This document shows, piece after piece, positions 52,014 to 60,434 of a stretch of 64,000 nt of DNA; the first letter of the stretch is position 1, and each line of letters starts with the position of its first letter. The position numbers were made by a program, and so were the translations under genes. The DNA is from an uncultured Planctomycetota bacterium (GTDB lineage Bacteria; Planctomycetota; Phycisphaerae; Tepidisphaerales; Tepidisphaeraceae), in the NCBI GenBank assembly GCA_963841915.1, contig CAWJEN010000006.1:992001-1056000 (forward strand). The letters run 5' to 3'. The notes beneath the pieces were generated by a model, which saw only the letters and a program-made list of their open reading frames with translations, had not been told where the DNA came from and made no database searches.

Positions 52014-52904
52014 ATGAAAACCCAGATTCTTTTGGCCGCCACAGCGGCCGCTATCGCGAGTATGCCGGCTTCGGCCGACATCATTTATGGCCTGACGACG
52101 CAAAACAGCATTGCGGTCATCGACAGCGCCATGCCGAGCGACTCGATTGACGGCGGCTTCGTCATGGGCCTCGGCCAGAACGAGAACCTGCTCGAGATCG
52201 ACTACCGCCCCGGCACCGGCGAGCTGTACGCGATCAGCAGCCAGGACAACGTCTACACGATTGACCTGAACTCGTTCGAGGCCAACCTCGTCGGCAACTT
52301 CACCCCGCCGAGCCTGCGTGGCACGAGCTACGCCTTCGACTTCAACAACGCCTTCGATGGTGGCAGCGGCCTTGCCGCCGACATCGGCCGCTTCGCTCGC
52401 ATCATCAGCGACACCGACAACAACCGCGTTATCGACGGTGACACCGGTCAGTACCTCGGCACCCCCGAGAAGACCCCGGTCTTCTACCCGGCAGGTGACC
52501 CGAGCTTCGGCGTCAACCCGAACATCGTCGGCATCGGCTACACGAACGCCTTCCCCGGCGCTCAGAGCACCCAGCAGTACGGCATCGACCGCGCCACGGG
52601 CAACCTCGTCACCGTCGCCAACAACGCCGGCACGCTCAACACCGTTGGCAGCCTCGGCGTCACCGGCTTCACCAACGAGGCCGAGCTGGACATCTCGGGC
52701 GACAACGTCGCCTTCGCTGTCCTGCAGAACGGCCCCAGCAGCGTCCTGTACACGGTCGATCTCGGCACGGGTGCAGCCACGCCGCTCGGCGACTTCGCCA
52801 GCGGTGACCTGATCCGCAGCCTCGCTGTCGTTCCGGTTCCGGAGCCGACAACCGCCGCCGTCCTGGGCCTCGGTGCCCTCGGCATGCTGCGTCGCCGTCG
52901 CTAA
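52014..52904 (+). CDS. DUF4394-like PEP-CTERM protein
   Basis: Signal peptide; IDYRPGTGELYA, AFDFN, YTNA, YGID, LNTVGSLGV; C-terminal VPEPTTAAVLGLGALGMLRRRR. Confidence 0.8.
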   Translation: MKTQILLAATAAAIASMPASADIIYGLTTQNSIAVIDSAMPSDSIDGGFVMGLGQNENLLEIDYRPGTGELYAISSQDNVYTIDLNSFEANLVGNFTPPSLRGTSYAFDFNNAFDGGSGLAADIGRFARIISDTDNNRVIDGDTGQYLGTPEKTPVFYPAGDPSFGVNPNIVGIGYTNAFPGAQSTQQYGIDRATGNLVTVANNAGTLNTVGSLGVTGFTNEAELDISGDNVAFAVLQNGPSSVLYTVDLGTGAATPLGDFASGDLIRSLAVVPVPEPTTAAVLGLGALGMLRRRR

Positions 52905-52934
52905 CGCGACAACGGCTCAGCCCACCTGCCCATC

Positions 52935-52968
52935 AGCGGCCCGCAGGAACTTCTGGGGGCCGCTTCTT
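52935..52968 (+). terminator. Probable intrinsic terminator
   Basis: AGCGGCCC...GGGCCGCT stem followed by TCTT. Confidence 0.45.
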
Positions 52969-53118
52969 GATGCGCGGTCTCCAAGCGAGCAACACGTTAC
53001 CTTTCCGTCATCCCGAGCGAAGCCTGGCCCTGATTGGACGATGCGCGAGACAGGTGGCCTGCTTTCTCACACTTAGCCCCCTCCGGGCTGGCGGGCGAGC
53101 AGGTCGATGGCTAGCCGC

Positions 53119-53730
53119 TCAGTCCTTTTCCCGCCGGACGCCGAGTTCGCGGGCGATTTCGCCGTCGAGTTTGTCGAGCTGGCTGAGTTCTTCCTGTTCC
53201 TCTGCCACGACGTCCGCCTCGATCATGCGGTCGATTTCGTCGTCGGTCACCAGATCGTCTCGACTGCCGGCCGCCGCGGGGTCGGCCGAGCCGCCCTGCT
53301 CCATGGCGTCGAGGAACAGGTCCATCCGCTCTTCCATGCTGCCGGCCTGGCTGACGGCTTTCTCCCAGTCGGCCTGCGTCTTGGTCAGATCCAGCTCACC
53401 GAAACTGCGACCGATCTCGCGGGCGATGACGTTCATGCTCTCGGCAAACTCTCGACCGGCCTCGGCCTGCTTCTGGATGAGCATCGCGTTCTTCATGCTC
53501 AGCAATTGCCGCTCGAGCATCTTCCGCACTGCCGCAGTCCGCTTGAGGCTGCCGCGGATGAATTGGTACTGCTGCTCATCGCCGACGCGTTTGGCCTGCC
53601 GGGCGTTCTTGAGAAAGTCCTCGCCGAAGCGTTCCTGTTGTTTGATGGAACGCTCGATTGACCGCAGCGACTGCCGCAGCCGCATGTCCCGCTCGACGCG
53701 GCGTTCTTCTTTGCTTTTGAACAGGCCCAT
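53119..53730 (-). CDS. ESCRT-III-like protein (Vps24/CHMP3-class appearance), 203 aa
   Basis: MGLF start; basic helical hairpin LRQSLRSIERSIKQQER...ARQAKRVGD; AGSMEERMD; acidic tail with EIDRMI. The family call is by eye only. Confidence 0.65.
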   Translation of the reverse strand: MGLFKSKEERRVERDMRLRQSLRSIERSIKQQERFGEDFLKNARQAKRVGDEQQYQFIRGSLKRTAAVRKMLERQLLSMKNAMLIQKQAEAGREFAESMNVIAREIGRSFGELDLTKTQADWEKAVSQAGSMEERMDLFLDAMEQGGSADPAAAGSRDDLVTDDEIDRMIEADVVAEEQEELSQLDKLDGEIARELGVRREKD

Positions 53731-53741
53731 GAGGCGACAGC

Positions 53742-54377
53742 TTACGAGCCGGCGGCCGCTTCTGCTTGACTGGACGATCCACCGGCCAGCTTCTTGCGCG
53801 TCGCTTCCTCTGCCTGTTGGTACGCCTCGTCTTCTTCCACGCTGCCGGCGTCGAGCTGGTCCCACAGATGCATGAGATCGTTACCGCTTTTGCCCAGCTC
53901 CGCCGACTCGATCGCCTCGCGGTCAGCCATGCCGCCGATCTCGAGCAGTTGATCAAGCTTTTCGGCGTACACCTCCTGCCCCACCGCGTCGCTTTCGAGC
54001 CACCCGCTGACCTTGGCCATGTCCTTGGCAGTGAGATTCAATCGGCCGGCCCCGCTGGACGACTGCTGATTTTCTTTCACCATCCGCAGCCGGGCGACCG
54101 TCATGAGCTCTTTGCTCCGCAGGTTCAGCTCGCGGGCGGCCATGAGCTGTTCCTGCGTCTTGAGCTCGAAGTCCTGGGCCAGCGTCTTTCGCAGCTCCGG
54201 CGAACTCGACTGCTTGCCCTGCCTGAAGATTTCGTGCTTCTTCTGGGCGATGTCGTCGACGTTCTTGAACAGCTTGTCGCGACGCTTGGTGATGAGGATC
54301 TCCTCACGACGAAGCTCGCCGCGCGACAGCTGGCTGAGCGTCTTGTTCCGCCCGAAGATGCGATCGATCAGGGCCAC
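53742..54377 (-). CDS. ESCRT-III/Snf7-like helical protein, 211 aa
   Basis: GTG start with GAGGA RBS; amphipathic MALIDRIFG N-terminus; basic N-half and acidic C-half; alignable with the C-terminal domain of the upstream gene. Confidence 0.55.
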   Translation of the reverse strand: MALIDRIFGRNKTLSQLSRGELRREEILITKRRDKLFKNVDDIAQKKHEIFRQGKQSSSPELRKTLAQDFELKTQEQLMAARELNLRSKELMTVARLRMVKENQQSSSGAGRLNLTAKDMAKVSGWLESDAVGQEVYAEKLDQLLEIGGMADREAIESAELGKSGNDLMHLWDQLDAGSVEEDEAYQQAEEATRKKLAGGSSSQAEAAAGS

Positions 54378-54391
54378 GGTGCTGCTTTTCC

Positions 54392-55939
54392 TCAGTTGGC
54401 CTCTGCCCGCCGGGCCGGAGCGGCCTCGGGCTCGTCTTCAACAGGTGCTTCGACCTCGAACGCCCCGGCTGCCGGGTCTTTGGCCTTTTGCTTCGTCACC
54501 GGAATCTCACGCTCGAACGATGGCGTCTCGGCCTCCTTCGCCTTCATCGACTCGGCCGTCAGCTCGGCGTAGAGACGTTCTTCCTCGTCGCTCAAGCCCG
54601 TCGCGCCCGTCGAACCACCGGCCAGCTCGTCGGCCATTTCGGTCGTCACCTGCAGGTCGGCCAAGACCTCCTCGGCCCGGGCGGCGTCGTTGGCCAGCTC
54701 GTCGGCCGTCGGTAGCTTGCCGGCGACGCTGCCGGCCCGGGCCAGCTCCAGGTTGTGCAGGTGCGTGCCGACGACGTTGATCTGCTGGTTCAGCACGCCC
54801 ACCGTCTGCCGGCGGCGGTCGACGTCTTTACCGAGCTGCACGAGCTGGCTCGTGATGCGACGCCTGGCACCAGTCGACTCCTCCGCCGCGAATGACGCTT
54901 TAAGTTCCCGCTCGCGATCCTCGAGCGTCGCCATCTCGTCGTATTGGCGGTCGCGCTGGCGCGACAACGCCGCCCGCTGTTCGGCGAGTTCTGACAAGCG
55001 GGCCTCGGGTGAGACGTTGGCCCCGAGCATGCGACGCAGACGGTCCATGGTCGAAAGTGTACCCGACGATGCCGCCTGCGACCCGGCCCCTTGCGACGTG
55101 CCAGTCAAACTTTCGTCACGGAACAACATCGGCACGCCGTTCACCGGCTTGACCCGCAACGGCTCGCCGCTCCGCGCCGCCCATTGCTGCGTCGCCAACG
55201 CCACCGCACCGATCGGCAGATTCAATTGGTCGGCCAAGTCGTCCAAAGCGACGGCACCGGTGAGCAGGTCGATCTTCCGCTTGTCCAACGCCGCCGCGAC
55301 ACGGGCCTGCCGCTCGGCAGGTGCTTCGGGATCGAGCATCGCGATCAATCGTCCCGCAGCCGCCGGACCGGTCAACGTGAACCCACCGGCGTCGTTGGGC
55401 TCGATCAGAATCGTCGGAGGCCCGTCGACGAAGCTGCGGGCGACCTGCCTCGCTTCCTCCGTGAATCCACTGCCGCTGAACAGGATCAGCGTCATCGGTC
55501 CGCCGAATTGGTCGGACGGCGTCTTGCTGTCGCCTGGTGGTGGCAGTTGCCCGACCCGACGGCGAACGTCGTCTGATCCCATCGGCACGGGCTCGCGGCC
55601 ACGTGCAAGATCATCCCAGGGCGGCATCGACGCGAATCGAACGTGCGCTACCGGTTGCCGAAACGCCAGCAACACCTGACGGCCCAGCGACGCATCGAGG
55701 CCTTCGCCGATCGGCATCGCGTCTTGAAGCTCAAAGTCCGGCCGATCGGCGGCGACGAGCGACTGCTTCACCGCAGCCGCCTGATTCCACCGCACCACAA
55801 TCGGCGAAAACGCCATCGCCGGCTTCGGCCCAAGCGTCGTCGGCACGACGAACGCCCGGTCCGACAACAACCCGGTAACGTGGCTCACCACGCGTCGTTC
55901 ACTCTCCCGCTGCTTTCTGGCGGCTTGCGTGTCGCTCAT
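54392..55939 (-). CDS. Multidomain protein: alpha/beta domain + winged helix + ESCRT-III-like C-terminal domain, 515 aa
   Basis: LILFSGSGFTEEA; HTH-like VALDDLADQLNLPIGAV...LRVKPVNGVPMLF; Ser/Gly linker; MDRLRRMLG followed by a long helical hairpin. Confidence 0.55.
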   Translation of the reverse strand: MSDTQAARKQRESERRVVSHVTGLLSDRAFVVPTTLGPKPAMAFSPIVVRWNQAAAVKQSLVAADRPDFELQDAMPIGEGLDASLGRQVLLAFRQPVAHVRFASMPPWDDLARGREPVPMGSDDVRRRVGQLPPPGDSKTPSDQFGGPMTLILFSGSGFTEEARQVARSFVDGPPTILIEPNDAGGFTLTGPAAAGRLIAMLDPEAPAERQARVAAALDKRKIDLLTGAVALDDLADQLNLPIGAVALATQQWAARSGEPLRVKPVNGVPMLFRDESLTGTSQGAGSQAASSGTLSTMDRLRRMLGANVSPEARLSELAEQRAALSRQRDRQYDEMATLEDRERELKASFAAEESTGARRRITSQLVQLGKDVDRRRQTVGVLNQQINVVGTHLHNLELARAGSVAGKLPTADELANDAARAEEVLADLQVTTEMADELAGGSTGATGLSDEEERLYAELTAESMKAKEAETPSFEREIPVTKQKAKDPAAGAFEVEAPVEDEPEAAPARRAEAN

Positions 55940-56058
55940 GCCGCCCCCTGATGTGGATCATCGAACCGTCGCCCGACGTAGCGCGTCGACGCGATGCCGA
56001 GGCACCCCATGGCCCACGCCCAGCCCGCAACACTCAGTAGCATGATCGCAAAGCCCAT
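55936..56058 (-). CDS. Putative 40-aa single-TM peptide
   Basis: MGFAIMLLSVAGWAWAMGCLGIASTRYVGRRFDDPHQGAA*; its TGA overlaps the ATG of the 515-aa gene. Confidence 0.4.
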   Translation of the reverse strand: MGFAIMLLSVAGWAWAMGCLGIASTRYVGRRFDDPHQGAA

Positions 56059-56098
56059 TCGTCGGCCAACACCGTAGGTCGCCCGTCGCCGCGGCAAG

Positions 56099-56968
56099 CT
56101 AGCCCAGTGCTTCCGTCGTCGGCGTGACCCGGCCGCACCGCGGGCAGAACGTTGCATCGACCGGAAGCTCGGCCCGACAGTCCTCGTGCGGACAATGCCG
56201 TGCCCGCCCGACCATCGCCGGCACCGCCTGCTTGGGCCGCTTGTCCCGCACGCGGCCGCGGAGCACGACGCCGAGCCTTTGCAACTGCTGCCGATCCGTT
56301 CGCGTCACGATGCGACGCAACGCGACGACGCTCACCGCCATGGGCAGCGCCCAGGTGATGCCCGTGTAGGCCAGCACGATTGCTGCCGTGGTCGGCACGA
56401 TGGCCATGCCGAAGTCCCATGCTTTGGGCGACTTCCAGGTTGCTTCGTCGAAGTGTCGGACAAAGCTCAACCCGGATCGGCCGTGCAGGTTGGCCCCAAC
56501 CCATGTGAGGAGAAATGAGAGGCCAATGAGCCCGAGAAACGCCATCTGCGGCGGCTTGGGCTCGCTGCCGCGGAACGGGTCGACGAGCCAAAGCCGCCAC
56601 AACGGCTCACCGATGACGAGGTGCATGACGGCAGCCAACCCCGCCGCCAACGCCACCGCCTGGGCGGCCAGTGCCAGCACCTTCGCTGCGTGATCCTTCG
56701 CCTCGTCACCCGCCTTGCCGTCGAGCCTGGCCCAGTCGGCGACATGGCCCAGCACGTCTCGTCGCCACCGAACCGCGGTTCTAAGACACGATGCGTTGAT
56801 CCACGCCGGCCCCAACCCGGCTGTCGCAAGCCCGAGAACAAACGTCTGCCACACGTGCCCCTGCGTCGCCTCGGGCGGCGTGCGATCCAGCGTCGTCAGC
56901 AACGTCGACGTCAGCAGAGGCGGCGATTCGCCTCCGTCTGTGGCGTGCATGTCGTCGAGCACTTTCAT
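56099..56968 (-). CDS. Membrane protein with C-terminal zinc ribbon
   Basis: 4-5 hydrophobic segments; CPHEDC...ATFCPRCG. Confidence 0.7.
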   Translation of the reverse strand: MKVLDDMHATDGGESPPLLTSTLLTTLDRTPPEATQGHVWQTFVLGLATAGLGPAWINASCLRTAVRWRRDVLGHVADWARLDGKAGDEAKDHAAKVLALAAQAVALAAGLAAVMHLVIGEPLWRLWLVDPFRGSEPKPPQMAFLGLIGLSFLLTWVGANLHGRSGLSFVRHFDEATWKSPKAWDFGMAIVPTTAAIVLAYTGITWALPMAVSVVALRRIVTRTDRQQLQRLGVVLRGRVRDKRPKQAVPAMVGRARHCPHEDCRAELPVDATFCPRCGRVTPTTEALG

Positions 56969-57046
56969 CGCGTTGTCTTGTCGATCTGAAGACGCAGCTG
57001 CCCACAACGTGCGACGCTCGGATGCAGCACCGCTCGCTTCGCAGGT

Positions 57047-57364
57047 TCAAGCCACAGCCGGTGCATTCGAGAGCATCCGACCGCAATGCCGACAGTACCG
57101 TGCGGCCTGTGGATTGATGGTCCGACAGACCGGATCAGGACACGCCCGACGACTTGGCGTCACGTCGCCCTTGCGGCGGCCGACGGTCGGCCAGATGGCC
57201 AGCTTGGTCATGATCATGACCAGGCCGCGGAGGGCGATCCAGCCGACCCAGAAGACGAATGCGACAGCCGTTAATGCCGTAATGCCTGCCGTGAACAGCA
57301 CGAACAAAGCGGCCTCCGGCGAGGCGAGCGGTTGGGCGAAATGGACGGTGAGGTCTGCGGACAT
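57047..57364 (-). CDS. Small membrane protein with zinc ribbon
   Basis: TM segment; CPDPVCRTINPQAARYCRHCG. Confidence 0.75.
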   Translation of the reverse strand: MSADLTVHFAQPLASPEAALFVLFTAGITALTAVAFVFWVGWIALRGLVMIMTKLAIWPTVGRRKGDVTPSRRACPDPVCRTINPQAARYCRHCGRMLSNAPAVA

Positions 57365-57376
57365 CGGACCGGTATC

Positions 57377-57724
57377 TTACGCGATGGGCGACGCCAAGGT
57401 GCGGCCGCAACGCCGACAGAATCGGGCACCGGCCGGATTCTCGCAGCTGCAACGCAGGTTGCCGCAAGGTACGCCCAGCGTCACCGGCGAGACCACGTAC
57501 CGCGACCGCCCGCCCAACGACGGGCCGATTCCGATCGCCCGGAACGGCAGCGCGATGACCCAGCCGACGGTGTACCCGATGCCCTCGAGCACGGTCGCCA
57601 GCAGCCTGATCGTGCCGCGAATGAGCAGAAGGAGACCGCCGATCGTCCAGATGAGCAGGTACGAGGCGAAGATCGACACGAGGACGACCCCGACCATGAG
57701 CACGATGGTTTTGACGATCATCAT
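57377..57724 (-). CDS. Small membrane protein with zinc ribbon
   Basis: TM segments; CGNLRCSCENPAGARFCRRCG; start overlaps the kinase stop. Confidence 0.75.
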   Translation of the reverse strand: MMIVKTIVLMVGVVLVSIFASYLLIWTIGGLLLLIRGTIRLLATVLEGIGYTVGWVIALPFRAIGIGPSLGGRSRYVVSPVTLGVPCGNLRCSCENPAGARFCRRCGRTLASPIA

Positions 57725-58818
57725 GCCTTGCCTCCTGTCGCGGCGGCTTTGGACCCGCTCAGGCCGTTGCCGCAGAACATGCAGTACGCGTCACCGGGCG
57801 CCGGGAACGCCCCGCACTTGCCGCAGCGACAGATCGCCTCGACGAGTTGCTTGCCGCACCGCATGCAGAACTGGTCGTTGGGGTCGGCCCTGCCGCCACA
57901 AGACGGGCAGCTGCCGGCCGCAAGCTGTTTCAGGCCTTCCGGCACCTGCGCTCGTGACGGGGCTGATGCACTGCCGATGAGCGCGGCCGCAAATGCGCCG
58001 GCAGAGGCAAAGCGGTTGTCGAGCCTCGCATAGCTACGCCGGAACGCTTCGTCCAAGTGCGACGGCACGTTCTTGACGAGATCGCTCGGCACGTCCGTAC
58101 CGGCCGGTCGTTCGCCCGTGAGCATCTCGAAGAGCATCACGCCACACGCGTACACATCGGCTCGGCCGTCGACGTTGGCGTTGGTCCGCTGCTCGGGCGC
58201 CATGTAGTCGAGGCTGCCGGCAACGCTGCCGGTGGCCGTGTTGTCGGTCGTGAAGACGAGACTGCCGGCCCCGCCCGTGGCAACGCCACTGGCCGCGTGC
58301 TCGGCGGCACCGAGGCCGAAATCAGTCAATTTCACCAGGCCGTCGCCGGCCAATCCCGGGCCGCCCGCTTTGAGGGCCTGCTCGTGGATGAGAACGTTCT
58401 CGGGCTTGACGTCGCGGTGGACGACGCCCCGCTCGTGGGCGTGGGAAAGGGCGGCCAGAACCTGGGCGAGGACAGCCGTCGCATCATCGGGCCTCATTCT
58501 TCCGCGGCCGATGAGGTCGCGCAGCGTCGTGCCCGGCACGTACTCCATGACGAGGTAAGGCGTCTCGGCAAACGGGTCGATGCCGATCGCCTTGACGATG
58601 CCGATGTGGTCGAGCCGGTGGGCCATCACGCCCTCACGACGCAACGCCTGGAGATAAGCCGGGTCGCGCGGCAGTTTGACGGCGGCAATCTGGTCGGCCC
58701 AGACGTGGTGGCGGGCCCGCCACACGTCGCCGAACGTGCCGTGGCCGACGGGCGACTCCAGCACCCACTCGGCGATACGGCTGCCTTCGCGTGGTTGTCG
58801 TGCGTCTGACTTTGGCAT
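57721..58818 (-). CDS. Hanks-type Ser/Thr protein kinase with C-terminal double zinc ribbon
   Basis: GHGTFG, AAVK, HRDVKPEN, DFG, YMAPE, DVYACG; CPSCG..FCMRCG..CGKCG..YCMFCG; no TM segment. Confidence 0.92.
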   Translation of the reverse strand: MPKSDARQPREGSRIAEWVLESPVGHGTFGDVWRARHHVWADQIAAVKLPRDPAYLQALRREGVMAHRLDHIGIVKAIGIDPFAETPYLVMEYVPGTTLRDLIGRGRMRPDDATAVLAQVLAALSHAHERGVVHRDVKPENVLIHEQALKAGGPGLAGDGLVKLTDFGLGAAEHAASGVATGGAGSLVFTTDNTATGSVAGSLDYMAPEQRTNANVDGRADVYACGVMLFEMLTGERPAGTDVPSDLVKNVPSHLDEAFRRSYARLDNRFASAGAFAAALIGSASAPSRAQVPEGLKQLAAGSCPSCGGRADPNDQFCMRCGKQLVEAICRCGKCGAFPAPGDAYCMFCGNGLSGSKAAATGGKA

Positions 58819-58966
58819 CGTGCTCACTTCGCGTCCGTGGTTCCCCGCACAAGGTACCACGAAAAGCGGACCATGGGCAGGGCAAAGTTGGCGCCAAACC
58901 CGGCGAAAGCTGTCGCAACTTTCGGCAGGTGGCTCGCCAGGCCTGTCGCCGAAGAGCCCCGCGGGG

Positions 58967-59362
58967 TCATCCGACGAGTCGGTCGGCGATGAAGTCGCAG
59001 GTCAGGAGATTGTACGCCGTGGCCAGCAGTGCCCCGACGATGAAAAACCCGATCGCGACGCCGCCTCCGACGCCAAAATCAAACATCCACCAGAGTCCGA
59101 GAAGTTCCAGCAGCGAGACCGTTGCGACCAGAAAAATGCCCGCACCGTTCGAATCGGCCCGCGCAACTTTGACGACCACGCCCACCAGCACCCAGGGCGT
59201 CACGGCGACGATGAGCACCCACGCCACGATCTTGCCCCCCGCGTCGAAGAACACCGCCCGCCCTTCGGGCCCCGCCTGCCAGAACGCGATAGCCGCCACA
59301 ACGACGGCCAGGAAGACGAACCCGCCGACGACCTTGCCGCCGATGCCTTTGAGGAAGTCCAT
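58967..59362 (-). CDS. Small 4-TM membrane protein
   Basis: 131 aa with four hydrophobic helices; co-oriented upstream of the kinase. Confidence 0.7.
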   Translation of the reverse strand: MDFLKGIGGKVVGGFVFLAVVVAAIAFWQAGPEGRAVFFDAGGKIVAWVLIVAVTPWVLVGVVVKVARADSNGAGIFLVATVSLLELLGLWWMFDFGVGGGVAIGFFIVGALLATAYNLLTCDFIADRLVG

Positions 59363-59450
59363 GGCGTGGGATGGTACGGGAACCGAATCGAACGGCTCAG
59401 CTTCGACATCTGGAGAACTAGACGGCGTGACAGCTTAAGCTTAATCCGAG

Positions 59451-60434
59451 ATGCCGCGGACGCTCGATTACGCCCGGCAGCAGACATCTGGCGGGCCTCG
59501 ACTCGACGTGTGCGTCATCATCGCCGTTTGGGCGACGGCGTGCCTGCCCTTTCTGGCGATTCTCGGCGATGTTTTGCGTGGTCTGGCCAATTTGCTGACC
59601 GCGCTGGCTGCGGCGATTGCCGTCATAGCCGCGATCATCGGCATCGTGCGGACCTCGACGTTTCGCGGCATTCGGATCGTGACCGTCCATCGCCCGACCT
59701 ACGGCACCGGGCTGGCGGCAGCGTGCCTCATCATCGGCGGACTCGTTCTGCTGGCGAACCTGATGCCGACCTACAGCGGCCGATCGCCAAAGGCGGCAGC
59801 CATGGTCAAGTGCGGATTTAATCTGCGGCAGATCGGCTTTGCCGCACGGCAGTATGCCCAACTTTATGGAGAATTTCCGAGCGACTTCGAAACGCTGATC
59901 GAGTTAACGGATCTGTCAGCGGAGAGTCTCGTGTGCCCTCATCATGACCTTCCCCGCGGCCAAAGAGGGTTGACGTACAGCTATGTCCCGCTGATGCACG
60001 GACTGACGCCGGCATCACCACCCGATCTTGTGGCTGCGATCTGTCCCTCATACCTCCATCAAAACGACGGAGGCAACGTGCTCTATGCGGACGGGAGCGT
60101 GCGCTTCGAACGACATGACCTGTTGCCGATTCTGCTCGGTGAACAGTTCGCCCGGCCATCGACGCGGCCGGTCGGACAGGTTGACGACGGGCTGAGTGAT
60201 CGAGAAGACCCAGGCGCCGGTGCCACTGATTGGCCGCATTCTGATGCGGACAACCAGTGTCGGTGGCGTATCGCAGCCCAGCCCGGGAGACATAGTCTGC
60301 GTCACATATCCACGCGGGGAAACCGTGTCCGGTGGCGGCAGCGGCACGGTTTGCCCGCCGCAGACGGCGGCTCATACCGTGGCACCGCGGTTCGTCCGCC
60401 GGCCGAATTATTCCGAGTCGCCTGGTGCTTTTGA
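59451..60434 (+). CDS. Membrane-anchored H-X9-DG (DUF1559-like) protein
   Basis: Three TM helices, KCGFNLRQIG.A..QYA, LVCP, HQNDGGNVLYADGSV; the last ~70 codons lie in the repeat. Confidence 0.7.
   Translation: MPRTLDYARQQTSGGPRLDVCVIIAVWATACLPFLAILGDVLRGLANLLTALAAAIAVIAAIIGIVRTSTFRGIRIVTVHRPTYGTGLAAACLIIGGLVLLANLMPTYSGRSPKAAAMVKCGFNLRQIGFAARQYAQLYGEFPSDFETLIELTDLSAESLVCPHHDLPRGQRGLTYSYVPLMHGLTPASPPDLVAAICPSYLHQNDGGNVLYADGSVRFERHDLLPILLGEQFARPSTRPVGQVDDGLSDREDPGAGATDWPHSDADNQCRWRIAAQPGRHSLRHISTRGNRVRWRQRHGLPAADGGSYRGTAVRPPAELFRVAWCF

Noticed and set aside
53119..55939. Ordinary PspA/Vipp1 annotation for the helical proteins
   Set aside because: The typical PspA N-terminal pattern (AN.N..LDKAEDP) is absent, there are three divergent copies, and pspBC are missing. 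Not fully excluded without a profile search.
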